Notes under the pieces: model-generated
The model's input: the letters and a program-made list of their open reading frames with translations, nothing else
The model's database searches: none
What the model was told of the DNA's origin: nothing
Translations under genes and position numbers: made by a program
Shown: positions 24,560 to 37,438 of the stretch, piece by piece
Position numbering within the stretch: the first letter of the stretch is position 1
Layout of the letters: each line of letters starts with the position of its first letter
Assembly: GCF_018350175.1 (NCBI RefSeq)
Contig: NC_058368.1
Location: 149,856,001 to 149,920,000, forward strand
Direction: 5' to 3'
From: Felis catus
Taxonomy: Eukaryota
DNA length: 64,000 nt

Positions 24560-26050
24560 CACTTTTAAATGGTTTTGCTTTAAATATAATCATTCCAGCA
24601 GGACAAGTTGAAAAACATTTCAGTGACTGAGTTATTGTAGTGAATATTTATGTGGGAATGTTTTATACTTTTTATCTTTTCATAGGCTTAATCTTTCTTT
24701 GTGGCAGTATTTACTGTTTATCTTCATTTAGGAGCAATGTTTTTACTGGATATTAAATTTTAAGTTGACATTTTTTTCAGTATTTTAAAGATATTTTTCT
24801 GCCTTCCAGCATTTTCTTCTGTTTCTGATTCTGATTGTCTCTTAGAAATAATCGATCTTTTTTTTTTTTTTTTTCTCTTTGAGGTGTACTATATTTTATC
24901 TTTTTCTGGTTGCTTTGAGCTTTTTCTTTAGATTTTTAGTAGCTAAACAATGTTATGTGCCTCCGGTAATTAAAAAACAAACAAACACTTTACCATAACG
25001 TTAGCAGAGCTTCTTCAGTTTGACACTGATGTCTTTTGCCAGTTTCAGAAAATTCTTGGTTATAATCTCTTTAAACAGTTCTTCCGCCACATTCTTGTGC
25101 ATCTGCTCTGTGTGATTCATGTTACATGTTACATCTTTATGTCCCATGTGTCTATGACATAGTTTTCCACGTTTTTCATATCATTTTCCTTTATGTGCCT
25201 CAGGCTGGATATTCTTACTTGACTTTCAATTCACTAATCTGTTCTTCTGTAATTGAATGCATTTCTTGAGGTCTTAATTTTATTAATTACATTTTTCAAT
25301 TTAGAATTTCCATTTGATTTTTTTATGGATGTAGTTATCTGGCAAAATTGTCTATTTTGTTACCTGTTTTCTTATACCTTTTTATTACAGCTATTTGAAA
25401 GTTGTATCAAACAGCATCTGGATTATATGTAGGTCTTTCCACTTTGGTTTTTTTTGTTTTGTTTTTTGGTTTTTGTTTTTGTTTTCGTTTTTTGGCTTTT
25501 CAGTCATTTGATCATGATTCCTGGGATGTCTACTTATGTTTGACTAAATGGTGGACAATTCTGTATGAAAAACTGTAGAAGCTATGGATAATGTTATTGC
25601 CTCCAGAAAGGATTGTTCTTGTGCCAGATGAGTCCCCTCAGGGATCAATTGGAGGTATAATGGATGTATTAGTGAAGGCCGTTCTATTTCTGGTTTACCC
25701 TTATTCTCAAGGCATGGCCCTGTAGGCGTCTTATCTCAAAGCCTTTTCTTTTAAAGGCCCCAAAGTCATTTGTCTCCTAGCAATATGAAACTGTTCAATG
25801 TGCTGGTTTGGCTTTTGAGCCTCTCAGATGCGGCTCTCTGCTTAGCATTTCAGCTTCTTGCCCTACACAGTTAGAAACTGGCACCACCTTGAAAGGAAAA
25901 GCTGTGGAGAAAGGCAGGCTCATCTCACTGTGATCTTGGCCTCTCAAGTCTTAGCTGCTTTCGTTGTTCTCTAGTGATTTCAAACGTTGTTTTTTGTTTT
26001 GTTTATAATTTATGAAGCCAGGAAGGTCAGACTGATTCAAGATGCTTTCG
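24560..26050 (-). mobile_element. Ancient L1 (L1M-type) fragment
   Basis: T-rich antisense L1-like text, e.g. gaaaattcttggttataatctctttaaa; highly decayed; boundaries approximate. Confidence 0.5.
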
Positions 26051-26462
26051 GATCCTGAAGCTTCTAATTGGTATTTTCTATTCTTTTATAGCCTTCTCAA
26101 AACATGAACGGATGGTTTTTATCTTTAATAAATGTGTAAGCTTGTACTTGGGGTATGTTGCTATGGCCTCCTAACATTAAAAGGTATAATCTTTGGTGAA
26201 GGCAACTAGAAATAACATTTATTGAGTTTCAAACACATGAAGGTCCTTAAAAAACATTTTATGATCATTTTCAAGTCTAGTTGGAAAGCCAGTCCATCTT
26301 CAAAAAAGATACAAAGTACTGTCTAATGTACTTCCCTGTCAAATGAATGCTAGTAATGGTGTGTGCTATTGGAGGACAGGAACTAACATATACTGTGTAT
26401 CGCCATTGGGTTACTTAATCATCAGAACAAGCATATGTGTGAGCAGATGATGTTTCCATTTT

Positions 26463-26688
26463 TTTTTTTTTTTAATTTTTTTTTTCAACGTTTATTTATT
26501 TTTGGGACAGAGAGAGATAGAGCATGAACGGGGGAGGGGCAGAGAGAGAGGGAGACACAGAATCGGAAACAGGCTCTAGGCTCTGAGCCATCAGCCCAGA
26601 GCCTGATGCGGGGCTCGAACTCACGGACTGCGAGATCGTGACCTGGCTGAAGTCGGACGCTTAACCGACTGCGCCACCCAGGCGCCCC
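26463..26688 (-). mobile_element. Young felid CanSINE (SINEC_Fc type)
   Basis: TSD TGATGTTTCCATTTT at 26448-26462 and 26689-26703. Confidence 0.95.
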
Positions 26689-27183
26689 TGATGTTTCCAT
26701 TTTAACAGATGAGGATAGATGGTCAGTTGTAAAAAATTTTTTTTTTTAAATACATAAAAATAGATTTTAAAAAATTACCCACAATCCATTGAGAGATAAC
26801 CATTAAGAACATTTTTGGTCTAAGAACATGTCTAGTCTTTCCAGCACATCTAAATGTATATTATATATCATTCTGAAGTGGTGAATTTAGTAACATTTTG
26901 CTTCAAAAAATATTTAGATGGACAATTCTAGCATAAAACATTTTGAAACTGAAGGATTCATCAAATTTCAGCGGTGCGGACAAAAAGTTGTCTAAAATAA
27001 ATGCAGCTGGCATTTTTTTTTCCCCCCCAGGAATGATCTGGTACAATGGAGTAGTTCTCAAAATTAAGAATTATGTTAATTGATAGACATTATATAATTA
27101 TATGTTCTGATTTTTTTTTAAGTTGGTGTGTTTTAATGCTTTTTATTAAGCTTCCTAATAACTTTTCTGTTTGTATTTTAAAG

Positions 27184-27271
27184 GCCAAACTGTTTTCAGA
27201 TAGTGGTTCAGCACTTTAGTGAAGAACATTACATTTTTTACTTTGCAGGAGAAACTCCAGAACAAGCAGAG
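27184..27271 (+). CDS. RASA1: RASA1 exon 12 (88 nt): PNCFQIVVQHFSEEHYIFYFAGETPEQAE
   Basis: tttaaag|GCCAAAC...GCAGAG|gtaagt. Confidence 0.97.
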
Positions 27272-29219
27272 GTAAGTTCATTGTTTTTTTTCAACTACTG
27301 CAAACTTTTATTTAGCTCATGTTTTCTTTTGAACTAAAATAGAAAACTATTACATTTATGATAAAGACATAAAAAGGAATACTGAAATCTTTTTATTTCA
27401 AGGGATGAGAACTTTGATGTGTAAAATTTTTTTTGAAAGAAATGCAGAAAACCGCAGTGAAGGGCTATTAGGAATGAAAACCTCATTTTAAATTGACCTT
27501 TAAATACTCTGTGATGTTGAGTCCAGCTGAAAATGCTCATTTAAAATCCTCTCTGCAGAAAGGTTATAGATATTCTCAGTACAACTGAAAGGTAAGCCAG
27601 TTAGTTTTGCTAACAGGCACTGTTATTCTTCACTAGTCCATTCCTAAAGATAGAAGTTCAGTCATCAAAAAGAAAAGTATTTTAGGAACTTTCTATTTTC
27701 TCCTACTCTGCATGTAATGTCTACTTTCAGCACTGGGCATTGATCCATATGCAATGCCCTTCTTAAAACTTTTATTAAATTTTAAGGCGTGGTGTGAAGA
27801 CACTTTGATTTCTTTGAGCCATAATGTTTCAGGGGCGTTTACTGGTATTTTGTACAAATATGGTGATATTTGTTCTGCTTATAGTCTATGGAAGGAATCA
27901 GAAGGTGGTTAAGAGGTCAAAGAAAACAACTTTGTTGTAAATAGAAGATAACTTGCCAACTCTAGATATGAGGCAGAAACTCTTTAAACTGGATCCGGGC
28001 ATGTGTGCCTGATTTGTAAATTATGAAACTATCTCAGACTCTAGAATAAACTTGATGAATGAGCCACATTATGTTTTATGGCTCATAATTGAATGTCATG
28101 TTTCAAATCTTTCCAAAATATTTCAAATAAATATTAACATATAGCACAGAAAAAAGCTTGTTTTGTGGGTACCATTCCTAATATTTAGATGCAAAAAGTA
28201 GAGTTCAAAACATTTCGGTAACTTAGATATATATTTTTTTAATGCTAGAAATTGACTTAGCAAAGAAATTTAAACTTCATTATCCAGCCTTCCAATTATT
28301 TCACTGTGATCCCTCTTTCTAAATAAAAATGTGTTATTATACTCCATGACATTTCAGTATAAATAGAACATCTTCTTTTTGTACTTATATATATACTTCA
28401 TCTTCTTTATTTCTGTATACCACTTAAAGTCCAAAAATACTACTGGTATTTCCAGTTTCTGTTACTTTGGTGGCCTGTGGGATCTGTGGTTACTCTTCTA
28501 TTTCTGAAGCTATGGTAATTGATTTGGTCTTAATTTGTTCTATAAAGATGTTCTCTAACCATTTACAGAGTTCAGACTGATTGAAATAGCCAACAAGCTA
28601 GAGAGAAAACTGAATAAAGCAATAGTACAGGACTTTGTGGAAATATGTAAGCCAACGTGAAGCATTTAGACTTTTGATAAACCTAAGATGATTCTCTCCT
28701 TTCTCCAGACCACTAGATAAACATTTAAAAATAAATGGCTTCAATTTAATTGGAATATTAGCCTGAAAAATTTTTTTAATGTTCCATTTGAAAAGCTTAT
28801 CAATAACCCAGATCCCTTTACACGTTTCTACCTATATCCTGGTCTAAGGTAAGATTAGAGTACTTGTCATCAAACCAGTCAAAACACGGTCAATTGGTTT
28901 GGTACTCAGCCCTCCTTTCACAAAACATGACTGCTTAATGACCATATATAATTTTAGCTTGGGACTAATTAATGGTCACTCATGGTGTACTTAACATTAA
29001 TTTAGGGATTCTACAGAAATACAGTTTTAAGAATTATTATAATAGTTTTGGTCATTGTTTTAACTTTATGGGGCCACAAATGTATTAAAGTGCAACATAC
29101 TGTTGAGTGTAGAAATGGCAGTCTGGAATAGGAAATAACTCTTGAATTTGGAAAAAAAAATGATCAGAAACTGAATAAAGTATAGTATATTTCTTTGAAA
29201 TGCTGTCATTTTTTTGTAG

Positions 29220-29297
29220 GATTGGATGAAAGGTCTGCAGGCATTCTGCAGTTTACGGAAAAGTAGTCCAGGGACATCTAATAAACGCCTGCGTCAG
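29220..29297 (+). CDS. RASA1: RASA1 exon 13 (78 nt): DWMKGLQAFCSLRKSSPGTSNKRLRQ
   Basis: tttgtag|GATTGG...CGTCAG|gtgaaa. Confidence 0.97.
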
Positions 29298-30542
29298 GTG
29301 AAACTTAATTTTCTTTGATTTGAGGTTGTCACATTTTGCTTTGTTACTTTGCTCTTCATTTTTATTTCTAGCTGAACTGTTTTGGGCAACATTACAAACA
29401 CTTTTGAATTCTGAAGTGAAGTCTGTCTTTCCAGGAATTTTAAAACCATGCTTCTGCTTGCTTCAGTAGTAGGAGAAATAGTTATTTATGAGAATATTCT
29501 TTATATACCTAAGTGGGTACTTAGTCCATAATGCCATCTTTTGAATACATACCAAGGATTTTATTTCTTCTACTTAAAATAATAGTACCAAACCAACAAC
29601 AACAAAAACCATTCTGTTGGGCACTTTCATTATTTTTTTCCTCAAAAAATTATTTTGGCCTGCTTTAAAAAGGTAGAACTAAAGGTATTTTTTGAAAAAA
29701 ATCATCTGACTTTAAGCATTAATCCCAGTAAACTTTTCAGTTTTTCACTTTATAGTAATTGCTTTTGAAACCTATTACATAACTAGTATCCTGTCTTATT
29801 TGAACCTTAACGTGTCATACATGATCATTTTATAGAGTTAAGCTGGGCTTTCTCTTTCTTCCTAGGTTATGTAAAATCAACTCTATACCCTCCATATCTT
29901 TTTTTTTAATAGCTATCCCTAGATAGTTGGAAAAAGTTAAGTAATTTTAACATTCTTGGAGTTATGAGGAACATTTAGTAATTTGTTTTATTTATGGAAA
30001 TTTCTAGTAATCTTTGTGAATTTAGTATATTGCTCTATTTCAAGTGAATAAATGGTTAATATTTAGATGACTGTAAGTTATAGTTCCTGTAATCAAAAGT
30101 CTAATAACCCTTTCTCCAAGGACATTTAATTATACACATAATTGTTATGTGTTCTCAAATCATAATTCAACATTTTGTAAGCTCTAAAAAATCAGACTAA
30201 GTTTTTGCATATTGTGTCTTGTGTGAAACTTTAGCTATAAAGTTACCATTTTTATCTCTTGAGCCCTTTTGCAGGTACTCTGCTGGAACTTTTACACATA
30301 TTATTGCTAATCCTTACAACAACTTGCAGTATAGACTTTATCCTAATGTTATTATAGAGGAGGTGAGGCCAACTTGTCCAATGCCACACAAGTAGTGTAT
30401 GGCTACAGGGAAAGAGGGCCTGGTATTAGAAAGCAAATGGTCTAGGTTTTGGCCAAAACTGACAAATAACTTAGTTTCTTTGGATTTGTATATTTTTCTG
30501 TAAAACGAGAAGGCATAATCAGTGTATTAAAAATATTTTCTG

Positions 30543-30712
30543 GGGGCGCCTTGGTGGCTCGGTCGGTTAAATGTCTAGCAGTTGGTTTTGGCTCAGGTCA
30601 TGATCTCATGGTTGGTGGGTTCGAGCCCCACATCAAATCCTGTCTCCCTCTCTCTCTGCCCCTCCCCCTGTCACACTCTCTCTTAAAAAAAAAAAAAAAA
30701 AATTAAAAAATA
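30543..30712 (+). mobile_element. CanSINE with a short body
   Basis: GGGGCGCCTTGGTGGCTCGG head, A tail, TSD-like aaaata(t/g)tttct. Confidence 0.85.
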
Positions 30713-31146
30713 AAAATAGTTTCTAGCTCTAGAGGTTTATAGAAATAAATCTTCCAAATGAGCTTTATTTTAACTTAGAGGATTTTGATTTGGGTGGTGA
30801 CAATTGTTTACTTGCATTAATAAAAAATCCTCTTTGTTTCATTTTCTCTGAACCACTGTTTTTTAGTAAAAAAAGATGCATTTCATTAAATTACTGCAAG
30901 AATATAATTGGAGGATTAATTTGTAAAATAAAAGTGCACTTTGTGTGAGAAGAATTATTTCAAATGCTTGAATGTTGTATTTTATATATCACACAGGAGG
31001 AAAATGTAATTACAGGTCATATTTTCTAAAGAAAGGAGAAAAATAAGTCACTTTTGGTTGGTTGGTTGCTATTTTATACTAATTGCTTTTGAAGCCTAAT
31101 GCATAAGTCTTGAAATCTGGGGTAATAACTTTTGTGTTTCCTTTAG

Positions 31147-31304
31147 GTCAGCAGTCTTGTTTTACACATTGAAGAAGCCCATAAACTCCCTGTAAAACAT
31201 TTTACAAATCCATATTGTAACATCTACCTGAACAGTGTCCAGGTAGCAAAAACTCATGCAAGGGAAGGGCAAAACCCGGTATGGTCAGAAGAGTTTGTGT
31301 TTGA
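31147..31304 (+). CDS. RASA1: RASA1 exon 14 (158 nt), C2 domain: VSSLVLHIEEAHKLPVKHFTNPYCNIYLNSVQVAKTHAREGQNPVWSEEFVF
   Basis: cctttag|GTCAGC...TTTGA|gtaagt. Confidence 0.97.
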
Positions 31305-31815
31305 GTAAGTCTTATTTTATTATTACATTAAATCATTTTCTTTTATCCTGTTGCATTTTCTTTCGTGATCCCTTCCCTTCCTCCCCCCCATCATCTCTGT
31401 ATCTCAGTGGTCAGAACAAGATACCAGTCCAGGCATTTTAATAGTACATACTTTTTTTTTTTTCCTGCTGTATTTGGTCACTTTTGATTAGTGAAGTGCT
31501 GTGTCCTTGGTTTTTCACCTAGTTACTAATGTGAATTAGTGTTACTGACAAGTACAAAATCATTTACTAACACACACACAGAAAATGTTTACAAGGGTTT
31601 CCAGGATTTACTTGAGGTTAAAGATAGTAGGAATGATTTGCTGGTCTGCATTCCTGTCTTACAGGTAATAACATGTTTTGTATCCATTTTTAAATCCAGC
31701 ATGTTCAAACTGTTTAGTAGCAGATATAAAGAACTTATTTGATACTAGAAATAAAAGAATTAGATAGTTTGATGCCAGGATATTTTGTTAATTCTTTTTC
31801 TTTTTGCTCCTTTAG

Positions 31816-31892
31816 TGATCTTCCTCCTGACATTAACAGATTTGAAATAACTCTTAGTAACAAAACAAAGAAAAGCAAAGATCCTGATATCT
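31816..31892 (+). CDS. RASA1: RASA1 exon 15 (77 nt): DLPPDINRFEITLSNKTKKSKDPDI
   Basis: cctttag|TGATC...ATCT|gtaagt. Confidence 0.97.
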
Positions 31893-32559
31893 GTAAGTTG
31901 ATACAGAAATTTCTTACTGAAGTAAAACACGTTTTACATACTTTTTAAATTTATATGAAATGTAGTCTAAAACAGAGATTTACAAAAGAGCAAATGGCAT
32001 AATTTAATAACATAGTTTCTTTTTGTACTTCTGAGAAGCTTTGATTGTTGAGAAAACGTTTAAGAAAAAAAAGGCCAGTATCGCTAAATTCTCCCTACTG
32101 TAAACTTAAGTCCTTGTTACTAAACTCTGTATCATCTCTCTCATCTTCCTCTCCCCAGTAGATGGGAAGAACGAGAGGACAGTGAGAGTGGCCCTCTTTC
32201 TGTGGTGCTTCCACTATCCCTTCTTTCTACTGTTTAGGTTTTTCCTCTTTCCATAGAGTTTGATGTAAGTGAATAAAAGCACTCTATTAATTTTTTTTCT
32301 TTAAATTAGTCTACTATTTATTCATTTCTGATGAACCTTCTCAGTGCTTGTTCTTGGTAGCACACCTTTGCCCAGCCTCTTGCTGAAGCAGGTGGCAGTG
32401 GGATTTAACAGTTCACACCAGAGTGAATTAGGCTAATACCTTCTTAAAAGTCAGGCGTAGGGAAAGAAATGATAGGCATTAACAGATCAAAGCCTGAATT
32501 TTTCTCTGTAAAATAGTTATTCTGTAATTTCTGTACTATTTAAATGGTTAACATTTTTT

Positions 32560-33065
32560 AGTGGTTTCCCATTACTTCAAACATAAAATCCAAACCCCTG
32601 GTAAACAGAGAAGAAAAGCCCTTTCCTCACTCACTCCTCCCACTGCTTTCATAGTGTATCTGTGGTATGTCCTCTCTAGGTATGCCAGCCTTCTTAATAG
32701 TTCTTAAGTAATCCATGGATTTTAAATGTCCCCGCTGTACCTTCTGTTTGAACTGTGCTCTCTTTTTCTTTTTCTCTGCCTTTCTCTTTAGCTACACGTC
32801 CACATCCTGTTACACATTAGCTTTAGGGGTTACCTGTTTGGAATGGATTTTTAACCTCCACTGGCTGAATTATGTATTATTTCTCTGTACTTCGGTAGCA
32901 TTAAGCACTGTTACAGCACTTCCCACATGGAACCATAATTGATTTCTTGCCTTCTTGGCTAGACGGTGACCTCCAATGCAAGTCAGAGACCATGTCTTAA
33001 TCATGTCTGTGTCCCATGTCCCTGCGCACCATAGTCTGGCACACAGTAGGCATTAAGTGAATGAA
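32560..33065 (+). mobile_element. LINE-2 3' fragment
   Basis: Ends ...tagtctggcacacagtaggcattaagtgaatgaa, typical of an L2 3' end. Confidence 0.55.
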
Positions 33066-33224
33066 GTATATGAAGTGTCAACTCTGGGTTTTGTGTTACC
33101 ACTGAAAAGTCCTTTAAAGCATCTAACACTATAGAGAAAACAAAATGTCAGGAAAATTTACTTGTATGACTAATTATAGTGTCATCTTTTTAGATGGTAA
33201 TCATTTGATGTTTTTCTATCAAAG

Positions 33225-33397
33225 TATTTATGCGCTGCCAGTTGAGCCGGTTACAGAAAGGGCATGCCACAGATGAATGGTTTTTGCTGAGCTCCCATAT
33301 ACCATTAAAAGGTATTGAACCAGGATCCCTGCGTGTCCGAGCACGATATTCTATGGAAAAAATCATGCCAGAAGAAGAGTACAGTGAATTTAAAGAG
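33225..33397 (+). CDS. RASA1: RASA1 exon 16 (173 nt): FMRCQLSRLQKGHATDEWFLLSSHIPLKGIEPGSLRVRARYSMEKIMPEEEYSEFKE
   Basis: atcaaag|TATTT...AAAGAG|gtatta; overlaps ORF 33230..33421. Confidence 0.97.
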
Positions 33398-33721
33398 GTA
33401 TTAAGTTATTTACCAGTCTAATTATTTTTGATGGAATTAACAGAAATTAAATTTAACATTTAAATAAAATAAAAGATCCATTAAATATAGTAATGGTATA
33501 GCTTAATGCACAGTGATAGGCACAGAAGGTTGAAAAGCCTTGTGCTAGGAAGATGTTGGTCTTAAGAGACTATAGATATGTAGGCGATAAACGCATTCTA
33601 GTTTTAACAGATGTTTTCAATAGAACAGATTTCTGAATAGAAGAACGTAACACAATTCCTGTTAGTCTCATTGAGTTTAATGCCGCATACTTTCAACAGT
33701 CTTTCTTGATGTCCTTTTTAG

Positions 33722-33881
33722 CTTATACTGCAAAAGGAGCTTCATGTAGTCTATGCTTTATCACATGTATGTGGACAGGACCGAACACTACTGGCTAGCA
33801 TCCTACTGAGGATTTTTCTTCATGAAAAGCTTGAATCATTGTTGTTATGTACACTAAATGACAGAGAAATAAGCATGGAAG
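33722..33881 (+). CDS. RASA1: RASA1 exon 17 (160 nt): [53 protein letters not shown]
   Basis: tttttag|CTTATA...GGAAG|gtaaag. Confidence 0.97.
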
Positions 33882-34962
33882 GTAAAGTATGGACGTTTTG
33901 GTGTGATACTTTAAAATGACATCATCTTTAAAATTCTTGGGCTGGCTAACATTTGGCTGTGGGGAGCAGTTAGTATTTCAAACAAGTTTCTGTCATGGTG
34001 AACTATTAGAAGCCATAAGAAAGTGACTTTTTGTCCCTATTCATGGCACATGGTACTTGATTTTAAGAACAGTTTGGTAGACTCACCATGTTCTCTTGTT
34101 TATATTTGACCTACTAATCCATTGCACAAAAGTTGAGTGATGGTTGCATTTTATTTGTAGCAATGCAGCTGGATCCACAGTGCTTTGTTAACAGCTTACA
34201 TATTTGTCACAATTAACCCTTTTCCAACTAGCACTTTGGCTCAGTAACGGTGCTTGCTTCTAGGTTCCCCAATAAATTGTAGAAACTAGAACTATTTCCT
34301 CCTAATCATAGAATATGTAAAAACATACAGATTTGTCAGGAAGGATAAAGTGATGGTCCATGTTACACTGAGATTGTCATTTTTGGCAGTGTTTGTGTTT
34401 TTTAGGTCATCAATAGCCATACTTTAGGCTAATGACTTATACTGGGATTTTGTGGGGGGGGGGTCATTTTCTGCATTAAAAAAAATGAAAGTATAATTGA
34501 CATAGAATATCTTCTTAGTTTCAGGTATATATGATAGAGACTTGGTGTTTTTACACACTACAGAATGATCCAAATGATAGGTCTAGTTGTTTATACCACA
34601 TAATTATATTCTGATTTGGAAATCAACTCAGAGTTTCAAAGCATGGGCTCAGTGGACAGCAAAGCTGAATTCCGATAGGAGTTTTGTCACTCACTGGCTC
34701 TTTGGTCTTACAGGTCATAGAATCATTTTAAGCCTTTTTTTTCTCTTCTTATGAATATGGCAGTGTCAACACCTTCTGTTGATGATCTAATGAAGTAGTA
34801 AAGTCCTTTGAAGAGTTAAGTTTTAGAAATATAGGTTGTTATTATAATCAGTACTTCAATTCTGCATACAAATGAGGTATTTAAAAATTAAGTTAATTTC
34901 CAGTCTCGTTCACATTAGTACAGTCCTTTACAAATAATCTTTTAAAATAAATACTTGTGTAG

Positions 34963-35105
34963 ATGAAGCCACTACTCTATTTCGAGCCACAACACTTGCG
35001 AGCACCTTGATGGAGCAGTATATGAAAGCCACTGCTACACAGTTTGTTCATCATGCTTTGAAAGACTCAATTTTAAAGATCATGGAAAGCAAGCAGTCTT
35101 GCGAG
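34963..35105 (+). CDS. RASA1: RASA1 exon 18 (143 nt), RasGAP arginine finger: EATTLFRATTLASTLMEQYMKATATQFVHHALKDSILKIMESKQSCE
   Basis: tgtgtag|ATGAAG...TGCGAG|gtacga; LFR finger motif intact. Confidence 0.97.
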
Positions 35106-36519
35106 GTACGAATTTCATGTTTAAGTATTTAAGTAAAGGGTGTATTTTAATAGGTAATGCTTTATAGCTAATTATGTTTTAAGGCAAATATATTAGCTTC
35201 TAAAATTATTCATCAGAGCACTTACACATTTTGTGAGACATTTAGAAAAACATTAGACAAAACAGACTTTTTAAAAAAGATGTACTTTGAGATTAAAAAT
35301 CAGAAATTGCACCAGGAATTAATGAAAGTACTTTCTCATTTCTCCTGCTGTACTAACGATAAAGGATATGCTGCTTTCAGAAAGTGTATATAACATAAAT
35401 TGAAGTTTTTGCTGGAGACTTAACGTTTTATAACACAGTTAAGGTCCATGAAACACTTCATAATAACAACTAGGGGTGTCCTTGAAGGCTTTTTGGGGGA
35501 AAGAAGTATGATATAATCCATTCAAAAGCAGATAAAAGCATCCTTTTAGGATTCATTATTAAGCCTTCAGTGTATATTCATAATAAACCATTAAGATAAA
35601 GAATGGAATCTCACATGGCTCTTCTCTCATCTGATTGTCAAGGTAGAAAGAACATCTATAGAAGGAAGATATTAAATACATTTTTTAGATCTGATACCAA
35701 GTTAATAAAAGAAGGAATTGCTTTTGATAACGTACACTGGGACCTGTCAGATGTTAATTTTGCACCAAGTTGCCAGTTTTTACTAATTAACATAGAGGGA
35801 AGAAATTGATTTAGTGTCGAAAACCTGGGATAATGACATAGTTGGCCTAACTGAAATGGATACAGAAATGGAGAAAGTCTGAAGAGAGTCTGTGGACACT
35901 GGATTCAGGCTAGGGAGTTTAGATGTAGATAAATCTACTCCATTGTTTCTAGTTCAGAGCTCTTAGATTTCAAGGGGTAATGGAAAAATGTTGAGAAACG
36001 TTCATTATTCTGCCTACGGCATTCAGAAAACCCTTTCTATTTTAATCATTTTTTTTTCCAAATAAATATAATCAAAATAGATTGTATAATCTATGGTAAT
36101 CATTCTTCTCATATTCCTGGTATATTTGTGAATACGTGGCCACTAAAGATGGGGTTTTGTCTTCTAGTTGAGAATATATATAGTTTTTAAATAATGTCTA
36201 ATTCAATTTGTGTGCCTATAAAAATCTATGGTAAAGCATGGTGAATGAATAAAAGAGAACTTTAATACTGGTATTAATCCCAGAACAGCTGAAAAGTGTT
36301 GAATAATCATTGCTTATTCTTCAGTTAATTGGAAATTAATAGTAAATGAGCTCCAAAGAGCAGACTGCCTTAAAATTCCCATTTATACTTACCCCCAAGA
36401 CTAAAACAGATTGAAAAACGGAAAAACAGAGAACCTTGAAAACAACTATTTGATTGCCTTGATTCATTTGCATTTATCATTGGCAAGATGCATTTATATT
36501 GATTTATTCCTTCTCTTAG

Positions 36520-36635
36520 TTAAGTCCATCAAAGTTAGAAAAAAATGAAGATGTGAACACTAATTTAGCACACCTATTGAACATACTTTCAGAACTTGTG
36601 GAGAAAATATTCATGGCTTCAGAAATACTTCCACC
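36520..36635 (+). CDS. RASA1: RASA1 exon 19 (116 nt): LSPSKLEKNEDVNTNLAHLLNILSELVEKIFMASEILP
   Basis: ctcttag|TTAAGT...CCACC|gtaagt. Confidence 0.97.
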
Positions 36636-37351
36636 GTAAGTGGTGAAATTTATTAATTTGATAAGAAATTGTGTATCTGCATTTTGAAAAATTTGTATTT
36701 CTAAAACATGTGTAAGCTTTTCCACTGTCCTGTTTTTATACTCTGAAAAAGTTAGGGTTTTTCATCTTTATAAGGTAAATTGTGTTTAAGGCAAAAGAGT
36801 GACTTGAAGAAACCACTGTGGTGACATTTACATTAACATAAAAACCTTTTTATATAGGCTACTATGTCTGGTTTCTACGGTAACTTGATAGTGAATAGAG
36901 ACTTAATAGTCTCAGATTTGAGGGGATCATACATATCTTGGTTAGATATGCACCAGATAATTAGTATCTGCTTAACAGCTGTTAGTGTAAGTGAACTCAC
37001 TCAGGTAGGAGTGAACTTAAGTCAAAAATCTGTCTTCCTGGCATCTAAACTTAGTATTTCCTCTGTATCCTCATTCCTGTACTTTGTTTCACTTTTTCAT
37101 TAATACAGAAATATTCTAAAAATGGTAAAATGTCTCCCAAAGTAAATGTAAAGAACTAGCTGAACGAATTGATGACAACTTGTTTTCGTTATCCCTTGCT
37201 AAATGCGTTGTTACTTGTAGCAGAGTACTTTTGGGGTGGGGGGAAGGCAAGTTGCATTAAAACATGTATTTGGTAAATTAAGCTTTTGGCTGCAGTGAGA
37301 TCAGCATTTTGCCTCACTCTATGTATTGAGACAATTGTGTTGTTTTGGCAG

Positions 37352-37438
37352 GACACTGAGATATATTTATGGGTGTTTACAGAAATCTGTCCAGCACAAG
37401 TGGCCTACAAATACGACCATGAGAACAAGAGTTGTTAG
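37352..37438 (+). CDS. RASA1: RASA1 exon 20 (87 nt): TLRYIYGCLQKSVQHKWPTNTTMRTRVV
   Basis: ttggcag|GACAC...GTTAG|gtaagg. Confidence 0.97.
   Translation, partial: DTEIYLWVFTEICPAQVAYKYDHENKSC

Noticed and set aside
33187..33224. tttttag-ATG-gtaatc upstream of exon 16, resembling a 3-nt microexon
   Set aside because: The downstream intron would be only 28 nt. As an alternative acceptor it adds 31 nt and shifts the frame. No other support.
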